Shown one piece after another: positions 42,261 through 54,959 of a DNA stretch of 64,000 bases (its first letter is position 1; each line of letters opens with the position of its first letter). The position numbers and the translations under genes are program-made. The notes under the pieces were generated by a model. That model was not told where the DNA came from. It saw nothing but the letters and a program-made list of their open reading frames with translations, and did no database searches. Origin of the DNA: an uncultured Chloroflexia bacterium (GTDB lineage: Bacteria; Chloroflexota; Anaerolineae; CG2-30-64-16); the NCBI GenBank assembly GCA_963810095.1, contig CAWEMM010000007.1, positions 224,001 to 288,000 of the forward strand, written 5' to 3'.

Positions 42261-42578
42261 CGAGGCCGGTCGACGCCGTACCTCGCGCCACGCCGGTCTG
42301 CATCGAAGCGAACGGAGACCGGTGGATCGGCACCTTCTTCGCCGCAGCCCTCTCCCGCCACGGCTTCGGCCGCTCACCCTTCCTTCGTGTTCGTCGACCG
42401 CTGAGTAACCCCGGTTCTCGCACACGGACCTTCGCCGAACGTACGGAAAGTGCTAGAATGAAGTACGCACCGCACTGCAGCTCCGCGCTAACACACTTCA
42501 TCGACATCGCCCCATGCGCTGAGAGGCCGACTCATTCGAGGAGGTCGAGCACCATTCACAGCCCGGGAGGGGACCGCG

Positions 42579-45500
42579 ATGGGACTAATGAGTCATCATC
42601 CTGCCGAGACCGTGTTGTGCCGGTGGCGCACGGGAATCCTAAATGGTTTTCTGATTATTGCCGCGGTGATCGCAACAGTCATGACCGTTGCGACGGCGAT
42701 GGATGCACGGTCGAGCCCCGAGTTATGGCGGGCGGTCGTCGTCTATCTGGTCCTGGCCGCGGCGTTGGCGGTGTTGGCCGTCTTGCGACAAGTCGCCTAT
42801 CCCATCCGCGCGTGGGGCCTCTTGATCGTGTGCGAGGCCGCAGGTTTGGCCGCACTGGCAACTTTTGGTCTCGGCAGTGCCGGACGGCTTTATCTGCTGG
42901 CAGTCCCCATTCTCGCGCTGATTCTGATCGGCGAGCGCCCGGGCATGATTACGTCGGCGCTCAGCGTGCTTATCCTGGTGTCATTCGACGATCATGGCCG
43001 GCACCGGTGCGCTGAGCCTGTTCCTGGTGCGGTGATCGCAACTCCCTTCTGGTGGCCGATTGGCTCGCCGAGTTCTCCGATACCCTTGGCATCCTGGGCG
43101 CCGTAATGGTGCTGCTCGTGCTCTTCTACCGTTTCCAGCAACGCATGATCGGCAGCGAGCGAGCCGCGCAGACAGAACTCGCCGACGCCCACAGACTGCT
43201 GGAAGAGCAAAACGTGATGCTGGAGCAGCAGGTACAGCAACATCTTGCGGAATTGCTGGTGATCAACGACGTCCAAAAGGCGCTTGCCTCGAAGCTGGAC
43301 GTCGACGCGATCTATGAGCTGATCGGAGAGAAGGTCCAGGAAGTCTTCAAAGTGGACGTCGTCGATATCGCCTCCTTCGATTCCGTTGCTAACTTGATCT
43401 CCATGCCCTACTCTTACGAAAAAGGCGACCGGAGTGTCATAACGTCCCGGCCTCCGTACGGTTTTCGGCTTGAAGTCATCAACACGCGCGAGCCTCTTCT
43501 GATCAACCGCGATTTCGACACGCTGGCCTTGCAGCATGGCAACCCAACCCTCAGCGGCGCGTCTCCCAAATCAGCATTGTTTGTGCCCCTGCTGGTCGAT
43601 GGCCAGGTTAAGTACATCCTCTCCATTCAGGATCTGGAAAGAGAGAACGCGTTTGGGGAGTCTGACGTTCGCACCTTGCAGACACTTGCCGTCACGATGA
43701 GCATCGCGCTGGAAAATGCGCGTCTGTTTACCCAGCTGGAACGCGAGAAAAAGCTGTCTGAAACGCTCATCCAGACCAGCCCTGTGGCCATCGTGACGCT
43801 CGACAAGGACAACAAGGTCACCACGTGGAATCCGACGGCAGAGAAGCTATTCGGCTACACCCAGACGGAGGCGCTGAGCAACAGCTTCGTCGAACTGGTG
43901 ACCCAGGGAGAGATGCGCGCAGAAGCGCTGGACGTTGCCCGCCGGATGTCACAAGGTGAGTCAGTCCACATGCTCACGCGCCGCGTGACGAAGGACTGGT
44001 CGAGAGGTCGACGTCGAGTTGTTCGCCGTCCCAGTCTTCCTGGAAGAGGACCGCGTGGGCACGTTTGCCATGTATCACGACATCACCGAGCTGATGCGGG
44101 CAAAGGCGGCCATCCAGGAGTCGGAGCGCCGGCTGGCGGACATTATCGACTTTCTGCCCGATGCGACGCTGGTGATCGACGCTGAAGGCAAGGTGATCGC
44201 CTGGAACCGTGCGATAGAGGAATTGACCGGTGTTCCTGCTCAGGAGATGGTCGGCAAGGGCAATTACGAATACGCACTTCCCTTCTTCGGCGAGCGCCGG
44301 CCGATCCTGATCGACCTCGTGCGCCTACCCCGCGATGAAATCGAGCAGAATACCTCGCGCCTGCAGTGGGTCGGGAACACGCTCACGGAGGAGTTCGATA
44401 CCCCCGCCTTAAACGATGGCGGGCGTTACCTGTACGCCACGGCCTCACAGCTCCGTACCGCGGAGGGGTATGGCGGCGCGATCGAGACGATCCGCGACAT
44501 CACGGAGCGCAGGCGTGTCGAAGACGCGCTGCGCGAGTCGAACGAAAAGCTGCGCCTGATATTCGAGAATGCGTTCGATGGGATCAGTATCTACGAAGAG
44601 ATGCCGGGCGAAGACAGGCGCGCCCTGGTGGACTGCAACGAACGATATTGCGAGATCGCGGGGCGGAGCAAGGCGGAACTGCTGGCTATCGGCGACACCC
44701 GCGTTATCCAGTGCAGCATCGAGAATGCGCCGGACGAAGTGGATGAGGCGTCCGTGCTGGCCCAGCACGCTTTCTCGGGGCTCTTCTCGTGGATCAGGCC
44801 CGACGGCAAAGACAACGTCGTCGAGTACAACGCCGCGCCGATTCGTGTGGGCGACCGGTACTACACGATCGGCCTGGATCGCGACGTCACAGAGCGCAGG
44901 CGCGTCCAAGACGCGCTGCGCGAGTCGAACGAAAAGCTGCGGCTGATATTCGAGAATGCTTTCGACGGGATCGATATCTATGAGGACCTGCCGGACGTGG
45001 TAGGAAAGCGGATCCTGGTCGACTGCAATGAGCGCTATTGCGAGATGGCCGGACGCAGCAGAGAAGAGCTCATGTCTGCCGAAAACACGACCGTCTTTCA
45101 ACAGCTTGTAACAGACGACTGGGCGACAACCAATCGCGCCTTGGTCCAGAAAGGAGAGGCCTTTCAGGGGCTCTTCTCCTGGATTCGGCCCGACGGGAAA
45201 GAGAACATCATCGAGTATCACGCTGCGGCAACCCGGCTCGGGGACCGGTTCTTCACCATCGGTCTGGACCGCGACATCACCGATCGGATTCACGCCGAAG
45301 CAGAATTGGAGAGCCGCGCGGCGATTGCCGAGCAGGCTAACCAGGCCAAGAGCGCCTTCCTGGCGAACATGAGTCACGAGCTCCGCACGCCGCTCAACGC
45401 CATCATCGGGTTCACCCGCATCGTCCGGCGCAAAGGGGAGGGTGTGCTGCCGGAGAAGCAGATTGAAAACCTCGACAAGGTGCTCGTTAGCTCGGAACAC

Positions 45501-46910
45501 CTGCTTAACCTCATCAACACGGTGCTCGACATAGCGAAGATCGAAGCCGGGCGCATGGACGTGCTGGCGGCCAACTTCAGGCTTGCGAGCCTGATCGATC
45601 TCTGCGCCAATACGGCCCAGCCACTGCTGAAGCCTGCCGTCGTCCTCGAAAAGCAGGTGGACCAAGGCCTGACGTATGTCTACTCGGACCAGGACAAGAT
45701 TCGGCAGATCGTCCTGAACTTGCTCAGCAATGCGGCCAAGTTCACTCATGAGGGAAGAATCGTCCTTGACGCAAGACAGGACGGCGATAACCTGCGCATC
45801 GCGGTCAGGGATACGGGGATCGGCATCAGCGCCGAGGCCCTGCCGCGCATCTTTAAGGAGTTCCAGCAGGCTGACAACACCACCACCCGCCAGTATGGCG
45901 GGACGGGCCTCGGCCTCTCCATCAGCCGGAACCTCGCGCGCCTACTCGGCGGAGACCTGACGGTCGACAGCGAGGTCGGGAAAGGTTCAACCTTCACCCT
46001 CGTTATCCCGACCCACTTTGAATCCAGGCTGACCGCCTCTGCCGCAGAGTGGGAGCCGGCCACTGCGCAAAAGAATGCCGCCGTTCAGCCGTCCGGTGAT
46101 TCCCTGGGGCGAACTGCTCCTCCAGAAGCACCTGCTTCACCTTCGGAGCCTGGTGCGCCGAGGCCGCGTGTCCTTGTGATCGACGACGACCCGGACGCGG
46201 TCTACTTCGTGCAGGAGAATCTTAACGCACATGAGTTCGAGATCACCGGCGCGCGGAGTGGGCGGGAGGGCATCGAGGCGGCCCGCCGTCAACGGCCGCA
46301 CGCCATCCTGCTGGACATCGTCATGCCGGGAGCAGATGGTTGGCAGGTGCTGAACGACCTGAAGGCCGATCCGGCAACGGCGAGCATTCCGGTCATCTTC
46401 CTGACCATCATCGACAAGAAAGCACTGGGGCTTAAGCTGGGCGCCGCGGACTACTTGCTCAAGCCGCTTGACCCGGTTGCGGTCCGGGGCACGCTGCACC
46501 GTGTCATCCACGACAGCCTGCCCCCTCCAAAACGGGTGCTGGTCGTGGACGACGATCCCAACAGTGCGGACTTGCTCCGCCAGTTCCTGCCGGAGTCCGA
46601 TTTCATCCTGGAGACCGCCATGGATGGGGTGGCTGGATTGAAGGCGATCGAGCAAAACTGTCCCGACATTCTGCTGCTGGACCTCATCATGCCCCGCCTC
46701 GACGGGTTCGGCGTCATTGAGCGCCTACGCGCAGATCCCCGGACGCAGGGCCTGCCTATCGTCGTGATCAGTGCGAAGGATTTGACGGAGTCCGAGGCCG
46801 TCCGGCTGAAGGAAACAGTGAAGGTCGTCATGCGGAAACAGGGTTTCGAAGGGGAAAAGCTGGTCCAAGAAATCAAGAGCGCGTTGAACCAAGAGAGGAT
46901 CGCGTCATGA
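42579..46910 (+). CDS. Hybrid sensor kinase (TM region, GAF, 4 PAS, HisKA, HATPase, 2 REC); frameshifts at ~43000-43050 and ~44000
   Basis: FLANMSHELRTPLN, NAAKFT, DTGIG, GGTGLGL; overlapping ORFs 42579-43106, 43052-44185 and 44019-46910. Confidence 0.85.
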
Positions 46911-47272
46911 AATCCATCTTGATCGTCGAGGACATCGAGCTCAACATCGACCTGCTGACCCAGATTCTTGAGGACGATTACCGCATTGTGGTGGCGCGGG
47001 ACGGCGCACAAGGCGTGGCTATGGCAGAGCGGGAACGTCCGGACCTGGTGCTGATGGATATTTCGCTTCCCGTTATGGATGGCTACGAGGCGACCGGCCA
47101 TATCCGCAAGGCACTCCCGACGTTGCCCATCATCGGCTTATCCGCGCATGCGATGCAGGGCGACGACGAAAGGGCCCGGGCAGCGGGGTGCACCGATTAC
47201 CTGACCAAGCCGGTGGACGAGGATAAGTTGATCGAGACCCTGAAGCGGTATCTGGGGGAGAGCCATGACTAG
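46907..47272 (+). CDS. Single-domain response regulator (DivK/CheY-like)
   Basis: ILIVED…LMDISLP…YLTKP. Confidence 0.92.
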   Translation: MKSILIVEDIELNIDLLTQILEDDYRIVVARDGAQGVAMAERERPDLVLMDISLPVMDGYEATGHIRKALPTLPIIGLSAHAMQGDDERARAAGCTDYLTKPVDEDKLIETLKRYLGESHD

Positions 47273-48430
47273 CTCGCGGATCCTGATTGTCGACGATGAG
47301 CCATTCAACGTGGATTACCTCGAGCAGGAACTCGCCGACCTGGGCTACGAGACGATTGCGGCCGAGAACGGAGCGGCTGCCCTCGACAGAGTGCGCTCCG
47401 AAGCCCCCGACTTGATTCTCCTCGACATAATGATGCCAGTGATGGACGGTTTCGAGGTCCTCGCGCGCCTCAAGGCTGTGCCCGCGACACGTGACATTCC
47501 GGTCATCGTTATCTCGGCGGCCAGCGACTTGAATAGCACGGTCAAGGGAATCCAGTTGGGCGCGGAAGACTATCTGCCCAAGCCGTTCGAACCTACCTTG
47601 CTGCATGCCCGCATCACATCCAGCCTGGAAAAGAAGCGTCTGCGCGATCTCGAGCAACTCTACCTCAAGGGCATGGAGCGTGAACTCGAAATCGGTCGGG
47701 AGATTCAGAAGGGGTTCTTGCCAGCCGAATTGCCTCAAGTCGACGGGTGGGAAATCGCGGTGTACTTCGCCGCTGCGCGCGAAGTCGCGGGTGACTTCTA
47801 CGACGCGTTCCGCCTGGGACCCGAGCAGCAAATCTGTCTCGTGGTTGCCGACGTCTGCGATAAGGGGGTCGGCGCGGCCCTGTTCATGACCCTGTTTCGT
47901 AGTTTGCTGCGCTTCACCATGGGCGCGGCCGAGCTCTTCGGCGTGTCGTCCCCCGTGGAAAAACTCGAGCGCGCCGTTGCCTTGACGAATCGACTACATT
48001 GCCAATACCCACGGCCACACGAGCATGTTCGCCACGGTCTTCATCGGGCTGCTCGATCCGAAGGACGGCAAACTAACGTATATCAATGCCGGGCACGAAC
48101 CTCCCGTGGTCATGGGCTCAGGGGAGATGCCCGTCAGGCTGCACGCGTACGGGCCCCGCGGTCGGGCTCTTCCCAGAGGCCGCATTCGGGCTGCAGGAAA
48201 CATGGCTGCGCCCCGGCGATCTATTCTTCGCCTACACGGATGGTGCTACCGATGCGCTCGACCCCCAGGGCGAATGCTTCGGTGAAGAACGCCTGGTCTC
48301 GTTGCTGAACAACGAGGTCAGCGCGGATGCTTTCTTGGGCGGCATCGCTGATGAGCTCAATGGTCACATTGGGGCCGCCAGGCAGTATGACGATGTGACG
48401 ATGCTTGCCGTTCGCAGGCTGGTGAGTTGA
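47265..48430 (+). CDS. REC-PP2C (SpoIIE/RsbU-like) phosphatase; frameshifts at ~47990 and ~48145
   Basis: VAGDFYD, ADVCDKG, MFAT…NAGH, YTDG, DDVT across frames. Confidence 0.85.
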
Positions 48431-48496
48431 GCGGGCAAGCCAACCTGGTCGCGGTCGCAGGGCGCTGTGGCGAGGAGAGGTGCGGTCGACTGGCCG

Positions 48497-48533
48497 AAAA
48501 GAAAACGGCTAACTGATTTCTGTCAGTTAGCCG
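48497..48533 (-). terminator. Terminator downstream of tRNA
   Basis: CGGCTAACTGA…TCAGTTAGCCG with T-run on the minus strand. Confidence 0.75.
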
Positions 48534-48540
48534 CCGCAGG

Positions 48541-48610
48541 CTCGGGGACAGGGATTCGAACCCCAAATTTCTGATCCAGAGTCAGATGTTTTACCATTAA
48601 CTATCCCCGA
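48541..48610 (-). tRNA. tRNA-Gln (CTG), CCA not encoded
   Basis: TCGGGGA/TCCCCGA acceptor stem, TCTGA-CTCTGGA-TCAGA anticodon arm, GGTTCGAATCC T-arm. Confidence 0.92.
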
Positions 48611-48677
48611 CCGATGGGTGCATATTACCACACAGCCCTGCTGGCAACAAATTCGCGCCCGACGCTCCTTGCGTCGC

Positions 48678-49250
48678 TTATCCCTCGAACGACACCCGGA
48701 ACGTCACAAACGAGTAGCTTTGGCTGGCGAGCAGCGCCGCGTGCGCATGCAGCGGGTTGTTCCCCTCACGCAGCCACGGCGGATAGAAGATGCGCGCCAA
48801 CACCCGGTCCGGCTCCCGGTTGGCGGTTTCTTCCTCGATCTCCCGGGTCCACTCGCACAAGAACAGAGGCTTGAGCCCGCCGCGCAGCTCGGGCAGACTG
48901 CCCTTTTCATGGGGCCAGAAGCCCGCGTCCGGCACCTCGCCGTGCTGGTGCAGCACGGTCGTGTGGGGCATCAGGGCATCCAGCTCGTCCGTGCTCGGCA
49001 GGCGGCACGCTCGGCCCGACCGGCGACAGACCCATTCGCAGTAGGCCGCGGCGTCGACCTGTGTCACGCCCACCACCGGCTCGGGTGCGCCCGGCGCATT
49101 GCCCGGCGACCGCTTCACCCCGGGCGGCACATCGCGACCGGACTCTTCGAGGAATGCCTGAAACTCGGTCCAGGTCACCGGGCGCGCGGACACGTGGACC
49201 GTGTGGTAACCGGCGGTGACTTCGATGAAGCCGCCCGAACCGTCACTCAT
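48678..49250 (-). CDS. SUMF1/FGE-sulfatase-like domain protein (short)
   Basis: PVT..EF..F…PVVGVT..DAAAYCEW…RLPS…EW…TFR. Confidence 0.75.
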   Translation of the reverse strand: MSDGSGGFIEVTAGYHTVHVSARPVTWTEFQAFLEESGRDVPPGVKRSPGNAPGAPEPVVGVTQVDAAAYCEWVCRRSGRACRLPSTDELDALMPHTTVLHQHGEVPDAGFWPHEKGSLPELRGGLKPLFLCEWTREIEEETANREPDRVLARIFYPPWLREGNNPLHAHAALLASQSYSFVTFRVSFEG

Positions 49251-49278
49251 TCGACTGCTCCCGCGCCCGCCCCAGCGC

Positions 49279-50072
49279 TCACTGGGGACGGAAAGACTGT
49301 GCGCTCGTCTCGAACACACCCGCCAGGGCGCCCTCGGCGCCCGGCGTGGTGGCGAAGCTCAAGATCCACAAGTCCGTTTCTGTTGCCAGGATGATTTGCC
49401 GCCCGCGCACTTCGAACGGCTGGCCACCCTGGCTGTTGATGCTCAGCGTGTACGTCACCCGAGCCGCCGGCCACCCATTAACGCGCAGCGCGGCGTCGGA
49501 CGACGTTACCGTCAGTCCCATTTTCTCGTATTCCGGGAGCAGGACGTCGATGACTTCCTGCATGTCCGTCACGCCGTTTGCCCCGAGTGGTGAGCGGCGA
49601 ATGTTGAGATTGTCGACAAATTCCCCTCCGGCAGGCCCAAACGCCCAGAACGCCGCCCCGGTCAGCGCATCCGGCCCGCCGATGATGCCGGCGAGTTGCG
49701 GATCGTTTTTCTGCAGTCCCTGGAAAGCGGCCTGCGCGTCCGTTCCGCTCAGGTCGATTACCCGCCAGCCCGGCGGTATCGCGATGGACAGCTGGTCGGT
49801 CGCCTCCCGCTGCCAGCCGGACGGCAGCCGGCCTGTATCATTTTCAGGTGTGGAGGTCGCGACGACTGCCTCGGTCGGTTGAGCGGCAGCCGTCGCGGAC
49901 GCGGGCAGGGGTATCGGTGGCCGCGACGGTGGGCAAAGGCGTGGCGGTGGGCGGGGGTATGGTCGCGCGCCGGCTGCGGCGCGGGCGCAGGCCGGCACCC
50001 GCCTAGCGCCACGCCGGACACCAGGAGCGCCGACGCCAACGCAAACGCCAAGCCTCGGGAGCGTGCCGTCAT
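49279..50072 (-). CDS. Hypothetical lipoprotein (PsbP/Mog1-like fold?); frameshifted near 49900-49980
   Basis: ALGGC lipobox in ORF 49758-50072; SIAIPPGW…VFETSAQSF in ORF 49279-50130. Confidence 0.6.
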
Positions 50073-51172
50073 GTGTCGAACCCGATCTTTTTATGCCGGA
50101 TCGCCACGCTTTCGACCAAGCCGATCGCAATCAGCATCGTCCACAGCGAGCTGCCGCCGTAACTGATGAAGGGGAGTGGGATGCCCGTCACCGGCATGAT
50201 CGACAGGTTCATGCCGATGTTGATCAGCACCTGGAAGAACAGCATCGCGGTCACGCCGGTCACGATCAACATGCCGAACGTATCCCGTGCCTGGCTGGCA
50301 ATGTGGACCAGGCGCAGCATGAGCAACGTGAGGAGGAGTATCAGCACGACCGCGCCGATGAAGCCCAGTTCTTCCGCCGTCACGGTGAAGATGAAGTCCG
50401 TGTGGCGCACGCGCAGGAAGTGCAGCTGGCTCTGTGAGCCGCGGAACAGCCCGCGCCCCAGCCAGCCGCCCGAACCGATGCCGATCATGGCCTGGTTCAC
50501 GTTGTACAGATCCTCGGCTTTGGCGGTCGTCGGATTGACCAGCATGAGGATGCGGTCCTTCATATAGTCCTTCAGCAGGTAACGCCAGGCGAGGACGCCC
50601 GCGGCTGCGGCCACGGCTGCGAAGAAGGCGGCATGGCGCCAGCGAAGGCCCGCGACCAGGATCATGATCGCACCAATGGCTACGACGACCAGCGCGGTGC
50701 CCAGGTTTGGCTGCCAGAAGATCAGGGCGACCGCGGGCATGATGATCCCAAACGCCAGGATCGGGGTGAAGATGCTCTCCATCTTCTCCTCGCGGGAGGA
50801 GAGGAAATGTGCGAGTGCGAGGATCAGTGCGATCTTGGTCAACTCGGACGGCTGCAGAAAGAACTCGCCCACGGTCAACCAGCGCTGCGCGCCGCCGGCC
50901 ACCGTCCCGATCACCTTAATGACGACCAGCGCGGCCAGGAAGAACAGGTAGATGGGATAGGCCAGGGTCGTCAGCAGCCGGTAGTCGAGCGCGGCAGCCA
51001 CGAACATCAGCACGATCCCGACGCCCAGGAAGAGCGCCTGGCGCCACGGGTAATCCTTGTAGATCTCGTTGCCCGATAGCGCGCTGGCAACCATGACAAT
51101 GCCAAAGACCCCCAACACCAGCGCAAGGGCGAGCAGCGTCCAGTCAAAGCGGCGAGCGACGGCAGTTCTCAC
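50069..51172 (-). CDS. rodA: Rod shape-determining SEDS protein RodA
   Basis: GAQRW, QPSE, QPNLGT, HTDFIF, PFISYGGSS; follows mrdA. Confidence 0.93.
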   Translation of the reverse strand: MRTAVARRFDWTLLALALVLGVFGIVMVASALSGNEIYKDYPWRQALFLGVGIVLMFVAAALDYRLLTTLAYPIYLFFLAALVVIKVIGTVAGGAQRWLTVGEFFLQPSELTKIALILALAHFLSSREEKMESIFTPILAFGIIMPAVALIFWQPNLGTALVVVAIGAIMILVAGLRWRHAAFFAAVAAAAGVLAWRYLLKDYMKDRILMLVNPTTAKAEDLYNVNQAMIGIGSGGWLGRGLFRGSQSQLHFLRVRHTDFIFTVTAEELGFIGAVVLILLLTLLMLRLVHIASQARDTFGMLIVTGVTAMLFFQVLINIGMNLSIMPVTGIPLPFISYGGSSLWTMLIAIGLVESVAIRHKKIGFDT

Positions 51173-51185
51173 GTCCGAGGTCCTC

Positions 51186-53447
51186 TCATTGCGTTGCAGC
51201 CGGCGTCGCGGTCAGACCGCCATCCGGCGCAACCGCAGTGACCGCGGGCGTCGCCGTCGGCGCGACCTGTTCAGGTTTGGGCAGGTCGGCCGGTGCTTGC
51301 CCCGCCGTTCCCTCCACGACAGTCCCTTGTTCCGCAGCCCCCAGCGCGTCCGCATTCTTGGCCGCAAAGTACGCCAGCAGCACTTCGTTGGCGACCGGCG
51401 CGGCCACGCCCGAGCCCTTCGCCGCCGTTCGCGATGAACACCGTCACCACGATTTCGGGATCGACGTAGGGCGCAAACGATGTGAACCAGGCATGTGTGG
51501 GCAGGTTGTCCTTGTCGTCCCGGTCGGGCTTGCCGTCCTTGTTCCAGTCGCGGAAGAACTCGGCCGTGCCCGTTTTCCCGGCCAGGAGCACGCCCGGCAC
51601 CTTGACGCGCGTTGCCGTCCCGTATGGGAAGTTGATCGCGCCGTACATGCCCTCACGCACCGCGTCCAAGTTCTTCGGATCGACCGGCACGGTCCGCAGC
51701 ACCTTCGGCTCGAACGGCCGCACCACCTCGCCCTTGTCGTCGGTCAGGTGGTCGACCAACTGCGGCTGGTACAACGTGCCGCGGTTTGCGATCGCCGCCG
51801 TTGCATTCGCCATCTGCAGCGGTGTCGACAGTACGTAGCCCTGCCCGATGCTCATGTTGTACGTGTCGCCCGTCAGCCAGCTCTCCGCGTAGTTCACGCG
51901 CTTCCATTTCGAGGTCGGCACCAGCCCCGACGACTCGCCGAGCAGCTCGATGCCGGTCGGCGCGCCCAGGCCGAACGATTTGGCGTACTCCCCGATGCGT
52001 TTCGAGCCCAGCCCCTGGAAGATGTCGCGGTAGCCGCCGCCGAGTTCGTAGAAGAAAATGTCGTCGGAGACGGAGAGCGCATGCTTCACGTTATTCAGGC
52101 CGTGGCCGTAACCGTACTTGTGCGTCCACGAGTAGAAGGGCTGCGCCAGGGATTGATCCCAGGGCGCAAAGTCGTTGGGGACCCAGATGATGCCGTCGTT
52201 CGCGCCATCCCATCCATCGCCGAGCTTCGTATTGGCGTTGATGACGCCTTCTTGCAGCCCGCCCGATGCCATGATGATTTTGAACGTCGATCCGGGCGGA
52301 TACATACCGGCAATTGTCTGGTCATACATGGGCAGGAGCGGGTCCTTCAGCAGGGCGCTGTAGGCCTCGTCGGTGATGCCTTTGGCAAACAGGTTGTTGT
52401 CGTAGCTGGGCAGGCTGACCAGCGCCAAGACCTTTCCATTGCGCGGGTCGAGCGCGATGACGGAGCCCTGGTTCGCCTTCGTGAAGCCGGACGACCTGTC
52501 GAACGCGGCCTGCAATGCCTTGGTCGCCGCCTCCTGCAGGCGCAAGTCGAGGCTCAGAACAAGGTTGCTGCCGGGGATGGCGGCCTTCGGCTCGCCCACG
52601 GTGCGCACCTTCCGTCCGTTGACGTCGACCTCGATGGTCTGCTGGCTGGGCGTGCCGCGCATCTCGTTCTCAAAACCCAACTCCAGCGCGGTCAGGCCCA
52701 CCTGGTCGTTCTGTGCATACCCGCGCGACTCGTAGTCAGGCAGTTGATCCTCCGGGATGTGACCCATGTAGCCCACGATGTGCGCGGTCAGGCTGCCGGA
52801 AGGGTAGTCGCGAATCGGCTCGAGCACGAGCTGCACGCCGGGCAGGTTGACCGAGTCTTCGGCGATCAGGAAGGCGGTTTCCTCGTTGATGTAGCGGGCC
52901 ATCGTGATGGGGCGATAGGCCCCGCCGAGCCGGCCGTTGGCGATCTTCTCCTCGATTTCCGCGCGGCATGACCCAAGGGTCTCGCTCTTTGATGACGGAC
53001 GCCGGGTTGGGCGTCGGCGCGGGCGTGGCTTTGCCCTTAGCAGGTTTGGGAGTTGGCGACGGAGTCGGGGTGGGCGAGCCGCTCGGCCGAGAGCGGAACG
53101 CCGGTCACCGGCCGCGCAAGGATCGCCAGCAGGCGGTCGAGGACCTCGGCGTCGCCGCTGCCTGCCGGTTCGCCGGGCTCGTCCTCCGGCAGGTCGCCGG
53201 GCACCACTTCGACGGTGAAGCTCGGCCGGTTGCGCGCCAGGATTTCGCCATTGCGGTCGTAGATGACCCCACGTGGCGCGGGCACGTCGACGTCGCGCAG
53301 GCGGTTGGCGTCTGCGAGCAGCCGGTACTTCTCCCCGGTCACCATCTGCAGCTGCCACAGCCGGCCGATCAGGATCGCCGCGAGCGCGACGATCAGCAGG
53401 CGCAGCAACAGCAAACGGGTGAACTTCGGGTCGCGTATACGTTCCAA
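51186..53447 (-). CDS. mrdA: Penicillin-binding protein 2; frameshifts at ~53040 and ~51420
   Basis: APRGVIYDRNG, PGSTFK (SxxK), SDD, GKTGTAE. Confidence 0.9.
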
Positions 53448-53462
53448 CCAGGCGCTCCTTGG

Positions 53463-53984
53463 TTACGTCGTGGCCTCAGCCCGGCCCCAGCCGCCGAAAC
53501 GCCGCATGAAGCGCACGACGACGATCGTCAAGACCACATTCAGCGCCAGTGACGGCAGGATGATCCGGCTTGTTGCGCCGGCCCAGTCGACCGGCACGCC
53601 GTGCAATTGGCGCAGGAACAGCATGATCCACCCTTCGACGAGCGTGGCGAGTGCGACCAGCAGCACGGGCAGCCAAACGTTGTTCGCATAAATCGAGTGC
53701 CGTCCGATCACAGCCAGAAAGCAGACCGGCATCAATGCCAGCGGCGTCGTCCCGAGCGGCAGCCCCGCCACGACGTCGATCGCCAATCCGGCCACGAAAG
53801 CAAAAACCAATCCCTCGCTGACCCCGTACATCAGGCTCCAGCACACGACAAGCACCAGCAGCAGGTCGGGCTGTGCGCCGAAGAAACGGAGGCGGGGGAG
53901 CAGCGTGGCCTGCACCAGGACGACCAATGCCAGCGCCAGCAAGACGGCGTAGATGCCGCCGCCGCGGAAGGAATGCCGGTTCAT
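53463..53984 (-). CDS. mreD: Rod shape-determining protein MreD
   Basis: PDLLLV…G..FAFVAGL..D; operon position. Confidence 0.88.
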   Translation of the reverse strand: MNRHSFRGGGIYAVLLALALVVLVQATLLPRLRFFGAQPDLLLVLVVCWSLMYGVSEGLVFAFVAGLAIDVVAGLPLGTTPLALMPVCFLAVIGRHSIYANNVWLPVLLVALATLVEGWIMLFLRQLHGVPVDWAGATSRIILPSLALNVVLTIVVVRFMRRFGGWGRAEATT

Positions 53985-54002
53985 GCGTCGTGCCCCACTG
54001 GC

Positions 54003-54884
54003 TCACCCAACGCTTTCCATCTCGGGCGGCTGGCCGGGCAGGGGCTTGAAATTGGTGATCACCAGGACAAACTCGAGCCGGTTAAAGTCGACGGTGGGCC
54101 GCACGACGGCCTGCTGGTACATGTCGAAGTCGCGCTTCTTGACCTCGATCACCTGGCCGATGGTCAGCCCTTTCGGGAAATTGCCGCCCAACCCCGACGT
54201 CTCCACCTCGTCGCCGACCGCGACGTCGGCCTCCTGCGCGATGTAGTCCATCACAGGCTGCGCGCCGGCCTGGCCGTTGACCACGCCCACGGCCCGGCTG
54301 TTCTCGCGCTTGATCATGGATTGGACGCCGCTGGAAGGGTCGGTAATCAGGAGCACCGTGGCCGTGGTCGGCCCCACCTTCTGGATGCGCCCGACCAGCC
54401 CGCGCTCTGTGACCACCGGCATCCCCTCGGCAATGCCCTGGTCGCTCCCCAGGTCGATCGAAAGGGCCGACAGGTAGTTCGTCGGGCCACGCGAGATGAC
54501 CCGTGCGATCACCTGGCCGCCGCGGAAGTCATAATAGGGGTTGAGCTGGCGGAAACGGAGCAGCTCGCGGAGCTGCTGGTTTTCCGTCTGGACCTCTGCC
54601 AGGCGCGCGTTATCGATGGTGAGAGTATCTACCAGGGAGGTGAGGCGGCGGTTCTCGGTGCGCATCGTCGACAGATCGCGCACGGTGGCGGCGACGTTGT
54701 CGACCTGGCGGCCGATATCGTTAAATGCGGTGAGGAAGGGCCGGGCAACTGCGCCCATGGCGCCCTCGACCGGTCCCATGCGGCCAGTGGATGACAGCAC
54801 CAGGAGCACGACGCTCACCGACGCCAGCACCAAAAACAGGATGCTGCTGCCGGAAAGACGGCGAGTTGAAAAGGTCCGCTTCAC
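54003..54884 (-). CDS. mreC: Rod shape-determining protein MreC
   Basis: EN.QLRELL, GLVGRI, TSGLGG.FPKG. Confidence 0.92.
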   Translation of the reverse strand: MKRTFSTRRLSGSSILFLVLASVSVVLLVLSSTGRMGPVEGAMGAVARPFLTAFNDIGRQVDNVAATVRDLSTMRTENRRLTSLVDTLTIDNARLAEVQTENQQLRELLRFRQLNPYYDFRGGQVIARVISRGPTNYLSALSIDLGSDQGIAEGMPVVTERGLVGRIQKVGPTTATVLLITDPSSGVQSMIKRENSRAVGVVNGQAGAQPVMDYIAQEADVAVGDEVETSGLGGNFPKGLTIGQVIEVKKRDFDMYQQAVVRPTVDFNRLEFVLVITNFKPLPGQPPEMESVG

Positions 54885-54959
54885 TTCAGACTCATAATCG
54901 TATGGGGCGACCGCGCGCTTCCTTGGGAAGCAAAGTCGCCCCATACGAGTTCGATTTTG

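Noticed and set aside
48590-48603. tRNA-Gln D-arm looks one base short (GTT…AAAAC)
   Set aside because: Most simply a homopolymer deletion error given the indel rate in this window.
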